A stretch of DNA of 64,000 nt from Entomortierella parvispora E1425 (taxonomy: Eukaryota > Fungi > Mortierellomycota), in NCBI GenBank assembly GCA_020891255.1, contig BQFW01000009.1:1674001-1738000 (forward strand), read 5' to 3'. Positions 12,776 to 23,564 of this stretch are shown one piece after another; the stretch's first letter is position 1, and every line of letters starts with the position of its first letter. Under the pieces are notes generated by a model. That model did no database searches. It was not told the origin of the DNA and saw only the letters and a list, made by a program, of their open reading frames with translations. Position numbers and translations under genes: made by a program.

Positions 12776-12960
12776 AACAAAAATACCCAAGCTATTCAGA
12801 AGGAAAAAAAGACAAAAATACCCAAGCTGTTCAGAAGGAAAAAAAGAACAAAATACCCAAGCTATTCAGAAGGGCAAAGAGAAAGAATGATAGAAAAAAC
12901 AAAACGAAAATACCCATGCAGTTAGAAGACCAAAGAGAAAGAACGATAGAAAAAACGAGG
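12776..12960. repeat. Minisatellite, ~35-bp unit AAAATACCCAAGCT(A/G)TTCAGAAGGAAAAAAAGAC, about 3 good copies plus degenerate copies
   Basis: Adjacent tandem units are visible at ~12781, 12816 and 12851, with a decayed unit at ~12907. There are no unique spacers. Confidence 0.85.
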
Positions 12961-13282
12961 AACCAGGGGGAAACGAACGGTCTGAGGCGATAGCCTGGGT
13001 TATTGGATTCCACAGACCGACTCGGACAAGAAACACGCGCCTATTTGTGTTACGTGTGTAAGGAACACACGCGGTAGAAGGGGGAAAAGGGGAAAGCTCG
13101 GCAGCAGGAGGTGTAGGGAACACACGCGGCAGAGAGGGCAAAAGGGGAAAGGTCGGTGGTTGAGGCAGCAGGAGGTAGCTGCTCTGCCATTGGGTGCATC
13201 CTTCAAGATTGACTTCGCTAACCTCATATCAAAAAGTCCTTGATTGGATGCACGCCTCTAGTTCAAGATAGAACCCACACTG

Positions 13283-13376
13283 ATCAAGGCCTTTTCCTGG
13301 GATTGGTCTTGGTCACCATATGGAGAGCATTAAGAATAGGAAGTGGGGAGAGGAGAAGCCGCGGACTCAGATGCGA
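13283..13376. repeat. Conserved non-coding segment homologous to 18826-18925
   Basis: GGAGAGCATTAAGAATAGGAAGTGGGGAGAGGAGAAGCCGCGGACTCAGATGCGA versus GGAGAGTATTAGGCACTGGAAGTGATGAGAGGAGAAGCCGAGGGCTCAAATGCGA. Confidence 0.7.
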
Positions 13377-13536
13377 AAGTGGGGGAGCAGAGGCCCTTAC
13401 GGTGATTTGCGAATCGTCCATTGGTCCCAAATTCATTGCTCAGTTTGCAAAATGTGGGGCAACGGCAGAGGTGAGGACAACGGCAGGAGAACGCTTTGAT
13501 GTGTTTTTTTTTTTTTTTTTTTTTTTTTTTGTAATA

Positions 13537-13712
13537 GACCATTGACTGATCCATGATATCTTTAGAACGTTGCAATGGGTGCTTTCCTTCGTTAGTTCTT
13601 TTTCCGACCCATGCAGGGATCACTACTGCGAACAGCCTCACACCAAGTGAAGCTTCAAGATATCATCCGGACAATACAATTGTGCTTGACATAGAATATA
13701 TTTTAAAGGAAA
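13537..13712 (+). repeat. Duplicated segment, copy 2 of 9770-9945
   Basis: Collinear match to 9770-9945. It lies just downstream of the stop of F-box paralog B. Confidence 0.85.
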
Positions 13713-13738
13713 AAAAGCACAGTATAGAAAGGAATAAT

Positions 13739-16041
13739 TTAAATGTCGATGAGTAGATGGGGGGATTCCGAGTGTTGACAAATGATGTTGATATCCGGGC
13801 GCAGTGCGCCCATGGCCTTTTGAGCAAGGGCGGCCTGGGACTGGACCGACTTGAGTCCTTCTCTCTCTAAGGACCCGTTCGAGAGCAAGATGCGCTCCAA
13901 TCGTGGCCAAGGCTGGGCACCTTCAGGTCCGGGCGCGGCGTCTTTCCACTGTCCCGAAATATCCTCCCACTTGTTCGCCTCCTTCTGGAACCGGTCCAGC
14001 CGGGCCAAAAGGAGAGCCTCCATGTCCAAGAAGGAACCACAAAACTCCATGTCCACCAATCCATCCACCTTGGAGAGGGCCTCAGGAGAGATTGGACTTT
14101 CTGGATCTTCAAAACTGGAGAGGTACTCGTTTGAAGCTTGCTGCTGCTGCATCTTGCGTCGGCGCTCTTCGACTTGACTGGGTGTGCCAGGGGCAAACGA
14201 GCCTGCGTCTGGGAAGGTCGTGGACCAGGTTCGAACCTTCTCCACACAGAGCTTGTAATCCTCATAGGCAGATACACGGCGACAGCGGAGACCCACCTGG
14301 GCCGGACTAACCAGTTGTTGCTCGTAAGCTGTCACGCTGCCCCTGTGATAGGCAATACCTTGCATCCAGACGAAATCTTGCCTTTGAGATTTCTCGAAAG
14401 AGGTATAATAGTCCGGGATCGAGGTGTAAATTGCCAAACGTCTAAGATCCTTCAGCCGCGTCAGCAGGCAGAGTCCACTCTCCATTGCGTATAATCGACA
14501 AGGCACAACGAGCGTCAGATCTTCCAGCTGGGGACAAACTCGGCCCAGATACCCAAAGATTCGTCTAGTCACAATGTTGTTCTCCGCCACGGTCAAGTCT
14601 TCGGATCCACTGTTTAGATTCAACGTCAATGTCTTGAGTCGACGACAACGCCATACATTTGCGGCGCTGGCTCTGAAGGTGCCGTCTCCAGCATGGGCAC
14701 GATTGCCCCAGAGGACCTCGGTCGACATGGGGATATGGCCCGCCTTGAAGTGTTCCAAGGAAGGGGACTCGCGTAGCAATCTCCACAAGAGGTTATCTCG
14801 GTCACGATCCCCAGCGAGGGGTTGGAATCCAGCCGTTGGGTTGCCTGGTAGGATCTCAAGAGACGTAAGTCGATTTTCGACTGCTCGAAGTGTGAGAGCC
14901 CTCCAAGATGGGTTTGAGGCATCAATGCATCTATAGTCCACTCCCCAAGCTGTGACGGACGGAAAGAGTTCCATGGGCACAGTAGCGTAGCCACCAGTTG
15001 TCATCGCATCACGACAATTAAAGCAGATCCGCTCCAGCTCTGGGCACTGGCGGCCCACAACTGTCCAAAAGGACGCATGCGGGAGGAGAAGAGCACTCTC
15101 TTGCTCCGGATTTGCTGCAGTGTCAGCCAAGTGCAGCAAGAGGGCCGCTGCAGTTGTTGCGTTCATAGCGGCGGTGACGAGGGCTTGTGGATGCCATGAA
15201 TCTCGGATGTCCAAGAGGGACAAATCCGTCAGGTGCCTGAGAAAAGGCATGTAGGACAAAAAAGCTTTGGGGGAGAGACGGACACTGCTTAAAAAAAGGA
15301 GACGGAGCGGGAGAGGCTGTTTGAGATGATTATTCTGATGCAAGGATCCAACCGTTGGGGGATGCAGGACATGTGGAAATCGATTGCGGCGCTCTTGCAG
15401 GGACCCTTGAAGGCAGCCAAGTGACAGAGACAAGAGACGGGGGCACTGGGTCAGAATCAGCTCCAGTGGGGCGGATTTTGCTCCGAGCGGCATGTCCATG
15501 GACAACTCTTGAAGCCCTAATGAGGATACCAAATAAGAGCAAAGAGAGCAAAGATATCAACAAGGTTAAAACTTTGTGGGCAAGAGAGCGCACGCGTATG
15601 TATCTATGTTTACGGTGTTCATAGCAACAACTTACGTTCATAGATGGAAGTTTTGAGTGAACGACAGACCAAGGGCATGGCGAGCTGGTTCCAAAGCTTG
15701 CTTTCGTATCCAAAAGTCGAATGTTTCCATGGGCCAAACTTCAGGCCCACGAACAGCGAGTCGGCCTGGAGGAGTCTTTTGCGAAAACACTTGTACGCCT
15801 TTGAGCCAACGCTTCTCAGCTGAAGGTGATGACGCAACAATGGTCGAGCGATACAAAACCACAGAGTGCAGACGTGGGCTGCAACGGTCAAGAGGGTGTA
15901 CTGGTCGAGAAAGGAGAAGATGTGCATGACGATCTCTGTGATCTCAAAAGGGGAGGGTGATTGTTTTTTACTTGGACTAAGCGTCTTTGTTGTGGTGGCG
16001 TGCTCTTTCTTGGCCGTGCCACCGAAGATTCTTCGAAGCAT
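13739..16041 (-). CDS. F-box/LRR-like protein, paralog B
   Basis: Exon 1 from MLRRIFGG contains SPFEITEIVMHIFSFLDQYTLLTVAAHVCTLWFCIARP. Intron 15635-15517 is at the same position as in A. Exon 2 has long identical stretches with A (SPSLEHFKAGHIPMSTEVLWGNRAHAGDGTFRA; RRIFGYLGRVCPQL; LCLLTRLKDLRRLAIYTSI). Confidence 0.85.
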
Positions 16042-16049
16042 AGTGGCGA

Positions 16050-16167
16050 TGGTGGTGGTGGATGTGGTGGTGGATGTGGTGGTGGATGTGGTGGTGGATG
16101 TGGTGGTGGTGGATGTGGTAGAAGTAAAGGTAGAGGTAGAAGCAGAGGTAGTGGTGGTAGTGGTAGA
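16050..16167. repeat. (GGTGGTGGATGT)n / GGT microsatellite upstream of paralog B
   Basis: Directly visible 12-bp and 3-bp tandem units. Confidence 0.9.
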
Positions 16168-16700
16168 GGCAATGGTGTCGGAGAGGATGTCAATGGTTGT
16201 CGAAAGGATGAGAGACGGAGTGCACGAAGAGAGAAAAGGACGAAGAGAGAAACGAGAAAACGAGACTAGACTTACTTTTTGTTTGCACGGTGTGACATGG
16301 TGACAGGGAAAGAGAAAATAGAACGGGAAAAGAGGGACCATTGCCATTGCCCGAGCACCGGCGCGAGACGCAAAGATAAAAATGAACAAGCCATGGTCGT
16401 GGGGCAGTCGCTGCGAGATGGGCCAATAGATCGGAAAAAAAAAAAGAAAAGGAAGAAATAATAAGAGCCTGCACTGCATCCACATATGAAAAAGAAGAGA
16501 AAAAAAAGGCAAAGGTGGAAAGCGCTGACACAATCAAACAACATATCTGACCCGACGGGCTTGTTTGAAGACTTGACGACGACAATCTATTGAGGGTGCA
16601 ACAAGGGGCAGGCGCTGAAAGGGCAAAAGACCGTATGTGTCACCACAACATGCGAAAAAAACGTGCACGCAGACCGACTCAACAGCTTGAGGGAAGCAGA

Positions 16701-18821
16701 TCAGACATCCACAAGAAAATGGGATTTCAAAGAGCAGGGGCAAGAGGTATTGATGCCAAGGTCGCAATTCTCGCAGCGGCAGCTGGACAAACCTAATGTC
16801 TGAGCCTTTTCAAGACCAGTGACCCGCCCATTGGAAAGGATCAGCTGCTCCATCTTGGGCCATGGTCGCTGCGCCTTGCATCCTTTGGATATAGCCTTGT
16901 CGCTTATCTCAAAAAGTCTTGCTCAAAAGTACGCCTCTAATTCATGATAGGTTCCACAGTAGCCCAGATTCTCAAGTGCATCCACCATGCAGATATTAAA
17001 AGGGGGTTTTAAACCATATTCTGTTGTCGTTCGGTAACTGTTTCCATCCTGCTCTTGCAGCATTCTCGCCCTTAGAACCTCCAATGGCGCATCGTTGGGG
17101 ATCCATGATTGCACCTTTGGTTAAGAGTTTGACCGAGCCTCGACCATTTCTAGACAATCCTTCAAGTGATCTTGTAAAGACGACATTCTTCCGCTGGAGC
17201 TGCCAATGTTTGTGATTCCAGCGCCCTCTTGGCACATCCCGCGAGCGCACGAAAGGCCAAAGTCGCCATCGTGGTTGTAGAAGTAGGCGTGGGTATCTGA
17301 GCCACCAACTTTGCGGCTGACTTCTTGCTCGTCTCTTCAGCTCCTTGGACCCAAGTAAAGTCTTTTCTCCGGTGCACCTCCCCTGGAGAATACTCATTCC
17401 AGTAAAACGCTGTATGAAGTGCCAGTCGCTTCAGATCCGATAGCCGGGTCAGCAAGCGCAGGCCATGTCCAGCTTGAACAATCGAGATTCGATCTTGAGG
17501 GACAGATCTTGTAACCGGGGGCACACGCGCGGGTGATGTAACTGAAAATACGCCAAGCCAATTAAAGTCGTCTGGGCCATGTTGAGAGACAGGATCTGCA
17601 GACCTCTGTAGGACCACATCTTTGCGAGGTTGTGATCTTCAGGTCTAGAACGGTGATTGTCCCACAGACCAAACGTCGACATGTTCATGTCCCCGGCCTT
17701 GAAATGGATCAACAAGGGTGACGAGGACAGAAATCGGTACAAGATGGCGTCTCGCGTTGATCCTGATATAGGTGCCCAATTGCTGACTGAAGGAGTTCCA
17801 AGACTGTCAGTCAGTTCTCAACCGAGCGAATGCGCAAGTCAGACCATGTCCTGTCGCCATGTGCGACTCGAGTGAAGTCGATCCCCCATCTTTGAATGGA
17901 TGGAAACAACTTCACAGGGACGCCGCAACCAGTCGTGCCGGCTGTGGTGTACTGAATGGTGTGTAGCAGAGGGCAGGAGCGAGCTACATTGACCCAAAGT
18001 TCTCGACCGGCATCTTCGTCAGAATGGTTGTCCTTCCAACTGTTCTCCTGTCCATTATGAGGTGTTGCTTGGGAGGACAGCTTGCCATCCCAAATATCTT
18101 GCAGGGAGAGCTCCTTCAGGTTGCCGCACCTTTGAGATGGGACACAGGCACTCCAGGGGTCGCATGCAGACTGTGGAGTCTCAGAGCCTGCAAAGGCAGA
18201 GGGATTTCGCTCCTGTTACTGCTGCCCTTGCTGATCAAGGGCCTAGTTGTGGTAAAAGGGATGATCCATTGCAGTGCGCTCATGGAAAGACAAAAGACAG
18301 ACCAGGTTCGGGCATTGCTGAAGAATCAATTGGGAGAAAACTTCATTCATTCCGAGGGGAATGTCCAATGAGAGTTCTTGCATCCCATCCCTAATGTCGT
18401 AGGTAAAGAAATCGACTCGTGTCAGAGAGTAAGTGTGTCATTGAATGGTACACCAGAAGGGTATGGCCATGATGGACTTACGTAGCAATCGATTGGCCTT
18501 CAATGCATCGTGGACCATAGGCAGAACCTTTTGCTTCGAAACTCTTTGCTCTCCGCTCTCGGTCTAGTCTTCATTTGGACGCCAAGGGCATGGAGGCCAA
18601 CAGTCAGTTGGGTGGCCCCATGAAGCTTCCTCCTGTGGAAGTTTCTCCTGACTTTTGGACTGTAGCTGTCGATGTGGAGGTGGCGTGTGAAGAAAAGTTG
18701 AGCAACCTGGCGCCATTGCCGACAGACCCGACCAGCAACGAACTTGAGTGAGAATTGGTCCAAGGACGAAAAGATGATTGTCAGGATCTCGTTGATCTCA
18801 ACAGGGAAGGGAGGCGACCAT
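16701..18821 (-). pseudogene. Decayed third F-box/LRR paralog (C)
   Basis: It starts PVEINEILTIIFSSLDQFSLKFVAGRVCRQWRQVA (F-box) and keeps the same intron (donor 18481, acceptor ~18391). Homologous blocks fall in different frames: VLPMVH vs ALPMVC, MQELSLDIP vs LQELSMDMP, SSSPLLIHFKAG, RVCPRLQDLSL, LLTRLSDLKRLAL, LGYCGTYHELEAYF, PWPKMEQLILSNG and HFLVDV*. There are several frameshifts and stops. Confidence 0.8.
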
Positions 18822-20199
18822 GAGTATCAAAACCTTTGACTGGCCTTGATCCTGGTCGTCGTTGGATGGTGGAGAGTATTAGGCACTGGAAGTGATGAGA
18901 GGAGAAGCCGAGGGCTCAAATGCGACTGACCGCAAGGGTCGCAGACGGCCAAACAAAAAAAAGGGATGTGACGCCAAGCACTGCCATTTTCCTTTGGGCC
19001 CTGGAGGCTGAGCGATCCATTGCAAATCCAGGAAAAGGCCTTGTCTGCTTGCCTGCAGACAGCTCGGAATCGTAGGATAAGTGGCTATGGTAATTCCTCC
19101 ACCTGGGTAGGACGCGTCTCTCTACATCTGATACGCCCAATCATAGCCAGTCATGTTGTGAATGCAAGGCGTCTGGGAAAATGTCTCAGCTGGTCCTGGC
19201 GCGTCCGAAGGCCCGAAAGATAGAGAGATATCATGGTATCCCCTTCTCCCGCAATTACAACTGTAGTTTTTTTTTTCCCAGGGGTGATTTCCTTGTTCAC
19301 GCGGGATACATCCAAGGGTAGTCCAGTATGCACTGTACAACATCCAGCATCTAAGCCGTTTCTTTTTCAGGAAGTGAGCGCCCCCGGGTCTGCATTGCAT
19401 GATAAACTACAGTAATGCAGGACCGGATCGGGCCTTCAACACCTGGCGCTCTTCTTTGTCTCTTTGTCCACTTTTGGACGTCTTGTATTCTACAGGGGAA
19501 CGGCGCTCATGTCAATGCACTTACCCTGTCTCCCAAAAGCGGAATAGGACAAAAGTCGTGGTTGGCTGGCACCTTCCGTTTGCGGTGCAATCGTAGGGTT
19601 GTGCAGACGTTACCTCGCCCCCTCGCCCTCGTCTTCTATGTATATACTCAGCTTCGAGAGAGTTGACTCAATTGAGCACAATATATACCAGGAGGATCGG
19701 GATAATCACATTTTAGCACATTTTGCGTGGGCTCCTTCGCATCCAGACCCCACTTTTACCCTGGACGCTCGACTTGTTTCACACAAAATCCCACTAGGAC
19801 GTTAGAGAACGTGCAGCGGAAAAGATTATCCAAGGGATTGTCGCCATCTGATTCTAGAGCACAAAGCATGCATATGCTTTTCAATCGATTTTCTTTCTTC
19901 GTGACCATGAGTTGGCTGCCTGCGAAATAGATACAGCAAGGATAGCACGACTCTTCTACCCAGCCCAAAGGAACATAGGCCACCATTTTTAAGACTCAGC
20001 AAAGGCTCAATTGGGTATGCACCATGGTCGCGTTCAGAAACTCAGGAGCATGGGTCCAGGGTGCAAGTGGGCTGTAGCATCGAATGCGGTGTATTCTATC
20101 AAGACTGTTATCGATTGAGGACCTTCAGTCGATTCTTGGTTATTGAGAAAGGACTAGAAGATGTGAGAAACGGGACACGGTCATCTTGGACTCGACAAG

Positions 20200-20207
20200 T
20201 ATATAAA
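20200..20207 (+). promoter_or_regulatory. TATA box (TATATAAA) upstream of the small secreted peptide gene
   Basis: Canonical TATATAAA lies ~230 bp upstream of ATG 20435. A possible 5'-UTR intron lies between (GTAAGA ~20263, CTAAC ~20349, TTAG ~20390). Confidence 0.5.
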
Positions 20208-20434
20208 GGATGCGAATTGGCGGTTTTTTTTGTTCCTCACCAACCTCCACTCATCTCCTCAAGTAAGACACTCCTCCCACCTCTCCACCTCACACAATCT
20301 CTTCAAAGTCCCTCCATCATGACAAGAAAACTCGAAATCACTACGGTTCTAACATGGTTTTCTGTCCATTGAATTTCAACGACATTTTAGGCCTTTTTTT
20401 TCGCTTACCACTCCCAACCAACAAGAAAATCAAA

Positions 20435-20683
20435 ATGCGTTTCGCTGCCATCGCCGGTCTTTTCCTCGTCGTCGCCGCCACCTTCACTGAGGCTGGTCGC
20501 CAGTGCGCCAACGGCGCTCCCGGATGCAACGCCTGCGTTTGTAACCAGTGGGCCGACACCCAGAACTGCTGCAAGGGTTACTTCAACAACGGCAACGGAA
20601 ACTGCGAGGGTCTCAAGCACTCCACCATCGGCTCCTTCCAGAGCTGCTGCAACGACGTCCGTGGATTCGGTCGCTGCTGGTAA
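20435..20683 (+). CDS. Small secreted cysteine-rich protein (82 aa, 10 Cys)
   Basis: Signal peptide MRFAAIAGLFLVVAATFTEA, then GRQCANGAPGCNACVCNQWADTQNCCKGYFNNGNGNCEGLKHSTIGSFQSCCNDVRGFGRCW. Good start context (AAAATG) and strongly C-ending codons. Confidence 0.8.
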   Translation: MRFAAIAGLFLVVAATFTEAGRQCANGAPGCNACVCNQWADTQNCCKGYFNNGNGNCEGLKHSTIGSFQSCCNDVRGFGRCW

Positions 20684-21038
20684 ATCCGCTTTCCCCCTAC
20701 ATTAAGCGGACCCGGTCAGATAATATGTCCGACATTTCCCCCTACCTTCTTCAGCAGTTCTCACAGCCACTTGCTCTTCCACTAGCAAGTGTACTACAAT
20801 AAAAGAGGAAGATATTTTAACTTTGCATATTCGATATGACCAACTGCGGCCACAGATGCATGAACACCGTTGTTTGTGGGACCCAAGTCCTGCAATACCT
20901 CCAAGAGGAAAGCTGTACAAATTTTGATCAGCAGTCCATGTATTCTCAGCCAAATAATAGTACTCGGTTTGGTTGAAGTGGTATCATGGTGGTATCATGG
21001 TGGTATCATGGTGTATTAGGATATGACAAAAAAAAGTT

Positions 21039-22586
21039 CTATGGGTCCATTTTCCATTTTTGATCCAAAGAGTCCACATCTGGTTCCTTGTTCTGTTGAG
21101 CATAGGCTATTTCTGCGATAAGTCGGCCCACATTGCTGCTGTAGGTGACGATGAGTTTCTGACATTGTGCCGCAGAGTGAATGTCGAGAAGAAAGTTGAT
21201 CTCCTGTTGTTCTCTTGTAATGCCGGCCTGTAAATCCGCTACCCAGCCCTGATTCGTCCTTTGCATCTTTCTGTAATGAAACTGGAAGTCAGGATAATCC
21301 TTGGTGGCTTCAATGACGGCGTCATCGTCCGTCATGAGATAAATGTTGGAGATTCCTGTCCTGGCCTTGTATTTCTTTGCCTTCTTCATGTAAGCTGGCA
21401 GATCGATCAACTTTGCCTCCCAGTACTTGTCCGAGTGCCGTACGTGGATAGCGATACAGGGTGTGGGAAACTTTGGAGCGTCCCGGATCAACTGCCTCAT
21501 GTGCGCATTTGGCCGCGTTGCGTAATACGTCAACATGGATCGCCACCAAAAGTAACCTCTCGGACGGTACTGTTCAACAATCATCGTCTCGTTTGCCAAC
21601 ATGTTACCGACATCTGGCCCAATAGATTTGAAGTTGACTGTAGAGCTGTCCCAGAGCGTATAGTTTGTCTCTGGAGGGTGTGCGGCAAAGACGCTTTCCA
21701 TGGCCTCCGTTGTGCAGGTCGTCATGTTGATAAAGTTCCTTGGCTGTTCTGGCGTCAAGAGTGTCATGTCGTAATGAAGGCCGAATGCGAGTCCCAGTCC
21801 GAGAGAATGCCAGCTACCCCCTTTTGATGATAAGAGATTGATCCAGAAAAGTTAGAACTCGATATTCATCGGATACCTCATAGAGCTCCACCACTCCAGC
21901 AAACATACCAAAACCGTTGTGGTTGACGGCCCCTACGATTAGAAAAAGAAAAAAAAATCAGTATCTGACTCCAAGCAGCGAGCAGGTTGATCAAACCTTT
22001 GCCTGCAGAGGACTCTACCTGAAAAGAACCGCTCGCATCGGTTCTGAAGTTCATCCAGGTCATGTTGCAAGGCAACTCGATCCTTGTCTGCGTATGTGGT
22101 CAGCCTCTCGTATCCTTTTGCGCCCAGAGTGTCGATCATCCAGCGAGACTTTTTTTGTACAAAGCTATCCAACTTTTCGCCAAGGTTACTTCCCTCGATG
22201 ACCATTCCATATGTATGTTGACTCGCCTCCTCTATAGCCTCGCTGGGAGCTACAATCAGCCCGTAGAATCTATCTTGACAGTGACCGATAGAAGCCTTCA
22301 GCGTACCGCACACAGCCACGAGCTCTGAATCATTGATTCCGGAATGAATGCAGATATCCTCTGCTGTTGTTGGGATGGGGCAGTTGGGCCACTCTGTCGA
22401 CCATATGTTACTGAAGGGAACTCTGCGGGAGAATCCGAGGCGTGTCGTAAAGTTGAGCAGGAGCAGCATGGACAGTGTGATGGCCAGGATTAGTCCCCAT
22501 CTGGCAGTCAGCCGTGGATTGTGGTGTATCCGTTTGAAGAAGATGGGCAGTAGTGACATCCTTGACTGCTTGCGATCGTGAAGCAT
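21039..22586 (-). CDS. GT23 / FUT8-like alpha-1,6-fucosyltransferase, paralog 1 (type II membrane)
   Basis: N-terminal TM segment (WGLILAITLSMLLLLNF). A 24-nt exon at 21932-21909 encodes GAVNHNGFG. Motifs IAIHVRHSDK, IYLMTDD and TYSSNVGRLIAEI match FUT8 motifs (VHVRRTDK, ATDD, TFSSQV). Confidence 0.8.
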
Positions 22587-23564
22587 GATTCAAGGAAAGG
22601 AGAAAGAGCGAACGGGACGAGGTTTTTTTTCTCTGAATTTACCTAGAGAAGTATCTGGCCCACAGTCACAGGTTCCTGAGCTTTACTCTGGGGGAGGGAG
22701 AGAGAGAAGCAGTTGACAGAAGTAGCCAGCAGAGAGGCAAGAAGGAATGAAGAAGGTTGACAGTGGCACTTGAGCCGAAAAAGACGGGGGAACAGGCAAG
22801 AATGATGGAAGGGCAGAAGGAAGGAAGGAACGAAGGAAGAAGGTGAGGGCGAGGGGCAAAAGAGAAGAGAAGAGAAGAGAAAAGATGCACGGCGTCCTCT
22901 CTGGAATTGAAGTGCCGCCCAGCATCGTTTACCGAGGAATGAGAGCGATCGCTATTTTCTTGAGTTGGTTCCCGAGGAATGGATCCTTCCATTCTGTCCT
23001 TCTCTCTCGACAGTCCTCATCACTTCACCTGATTTGTCTGCCCTTCTTCCTTTTACTCCCTTCCTTCTTTCCGTCTCTCCTTCCTTCCTTTCTTCCTTCC
23101 TTCTTTCTTTTTTCTCTTTTCCTTGTGGAGATTGGGCCACTGACCCCTACCAGAACTATTACAACAGGTGAAGATCCGGACACTGCAGTATCTTCTCTCT
23201 TGCCTTCATGGACCTGCCGGATAACCATCCCAGCTTTTCTTCTTCCTTCATTCTGAACAGTTTCCACAATTGTTTGCAGCTCCATTGGGCAATGCCTTAA
23301 AAAAACGACAAAAAAAAAAAGAGGGTTTAAAACTCCCCCGGAAGAGACGCCCGCACGATCCTCGACCGACAGTCCCATGTTTTGAACAAGCGATCTCTTC
23401 TAACTACGGCAAGGTCAGTGCCCCACTGCCCTATTTCGGCTAAGTATCTCCTCCGAAAGGAGGCGTGGTAATGCTATCAAGAGGCAACTCTTGGTTATCA
23501 GCCGACAAGCGTATCTCAGTCTGGTTGAAGCGATATTACGGTATATTAGGGTAAGGAGAGCTTT

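Noticed and set aside
12776-12960. CRISPR-like array
   Set aside because: The units are directly adjacent with no unique spacers, there are no cas genes, and the context is eukaryotic. It is a minisatellite.
13502-13530. Poly(T) tract as the poly(A) tail of a retrocopied F-box B
   Set aside because: Position and orientation fit, but B retains its intron and similar long A/T tracts occur throughout the window (e.g. ~3227, 25432, 35041, 46770).
16042-16533. Thr-rich N-terminal extension of paralog B (304-aa ORF)
   Set aside because: The poly-Thr comes from a GGT microsatellite, a donor-like GTAAGT lies at ~16275 on the minus strand, and alignment with A places the start at 16041.
18926-20199. 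Short ORFs between the F-box pseudogene and the secreted peptide
   Set aside because: No recognisable domains, codon bias or splice structure.
22600-23450. Apparent inverted repeat between purine-rich (22800-22880) and pyrimidine-rich (23040-23120) tracts
   Set aside because: Complementarity comes only from GAAG/CTTC low-complexity sequence. There is no specific long stem.
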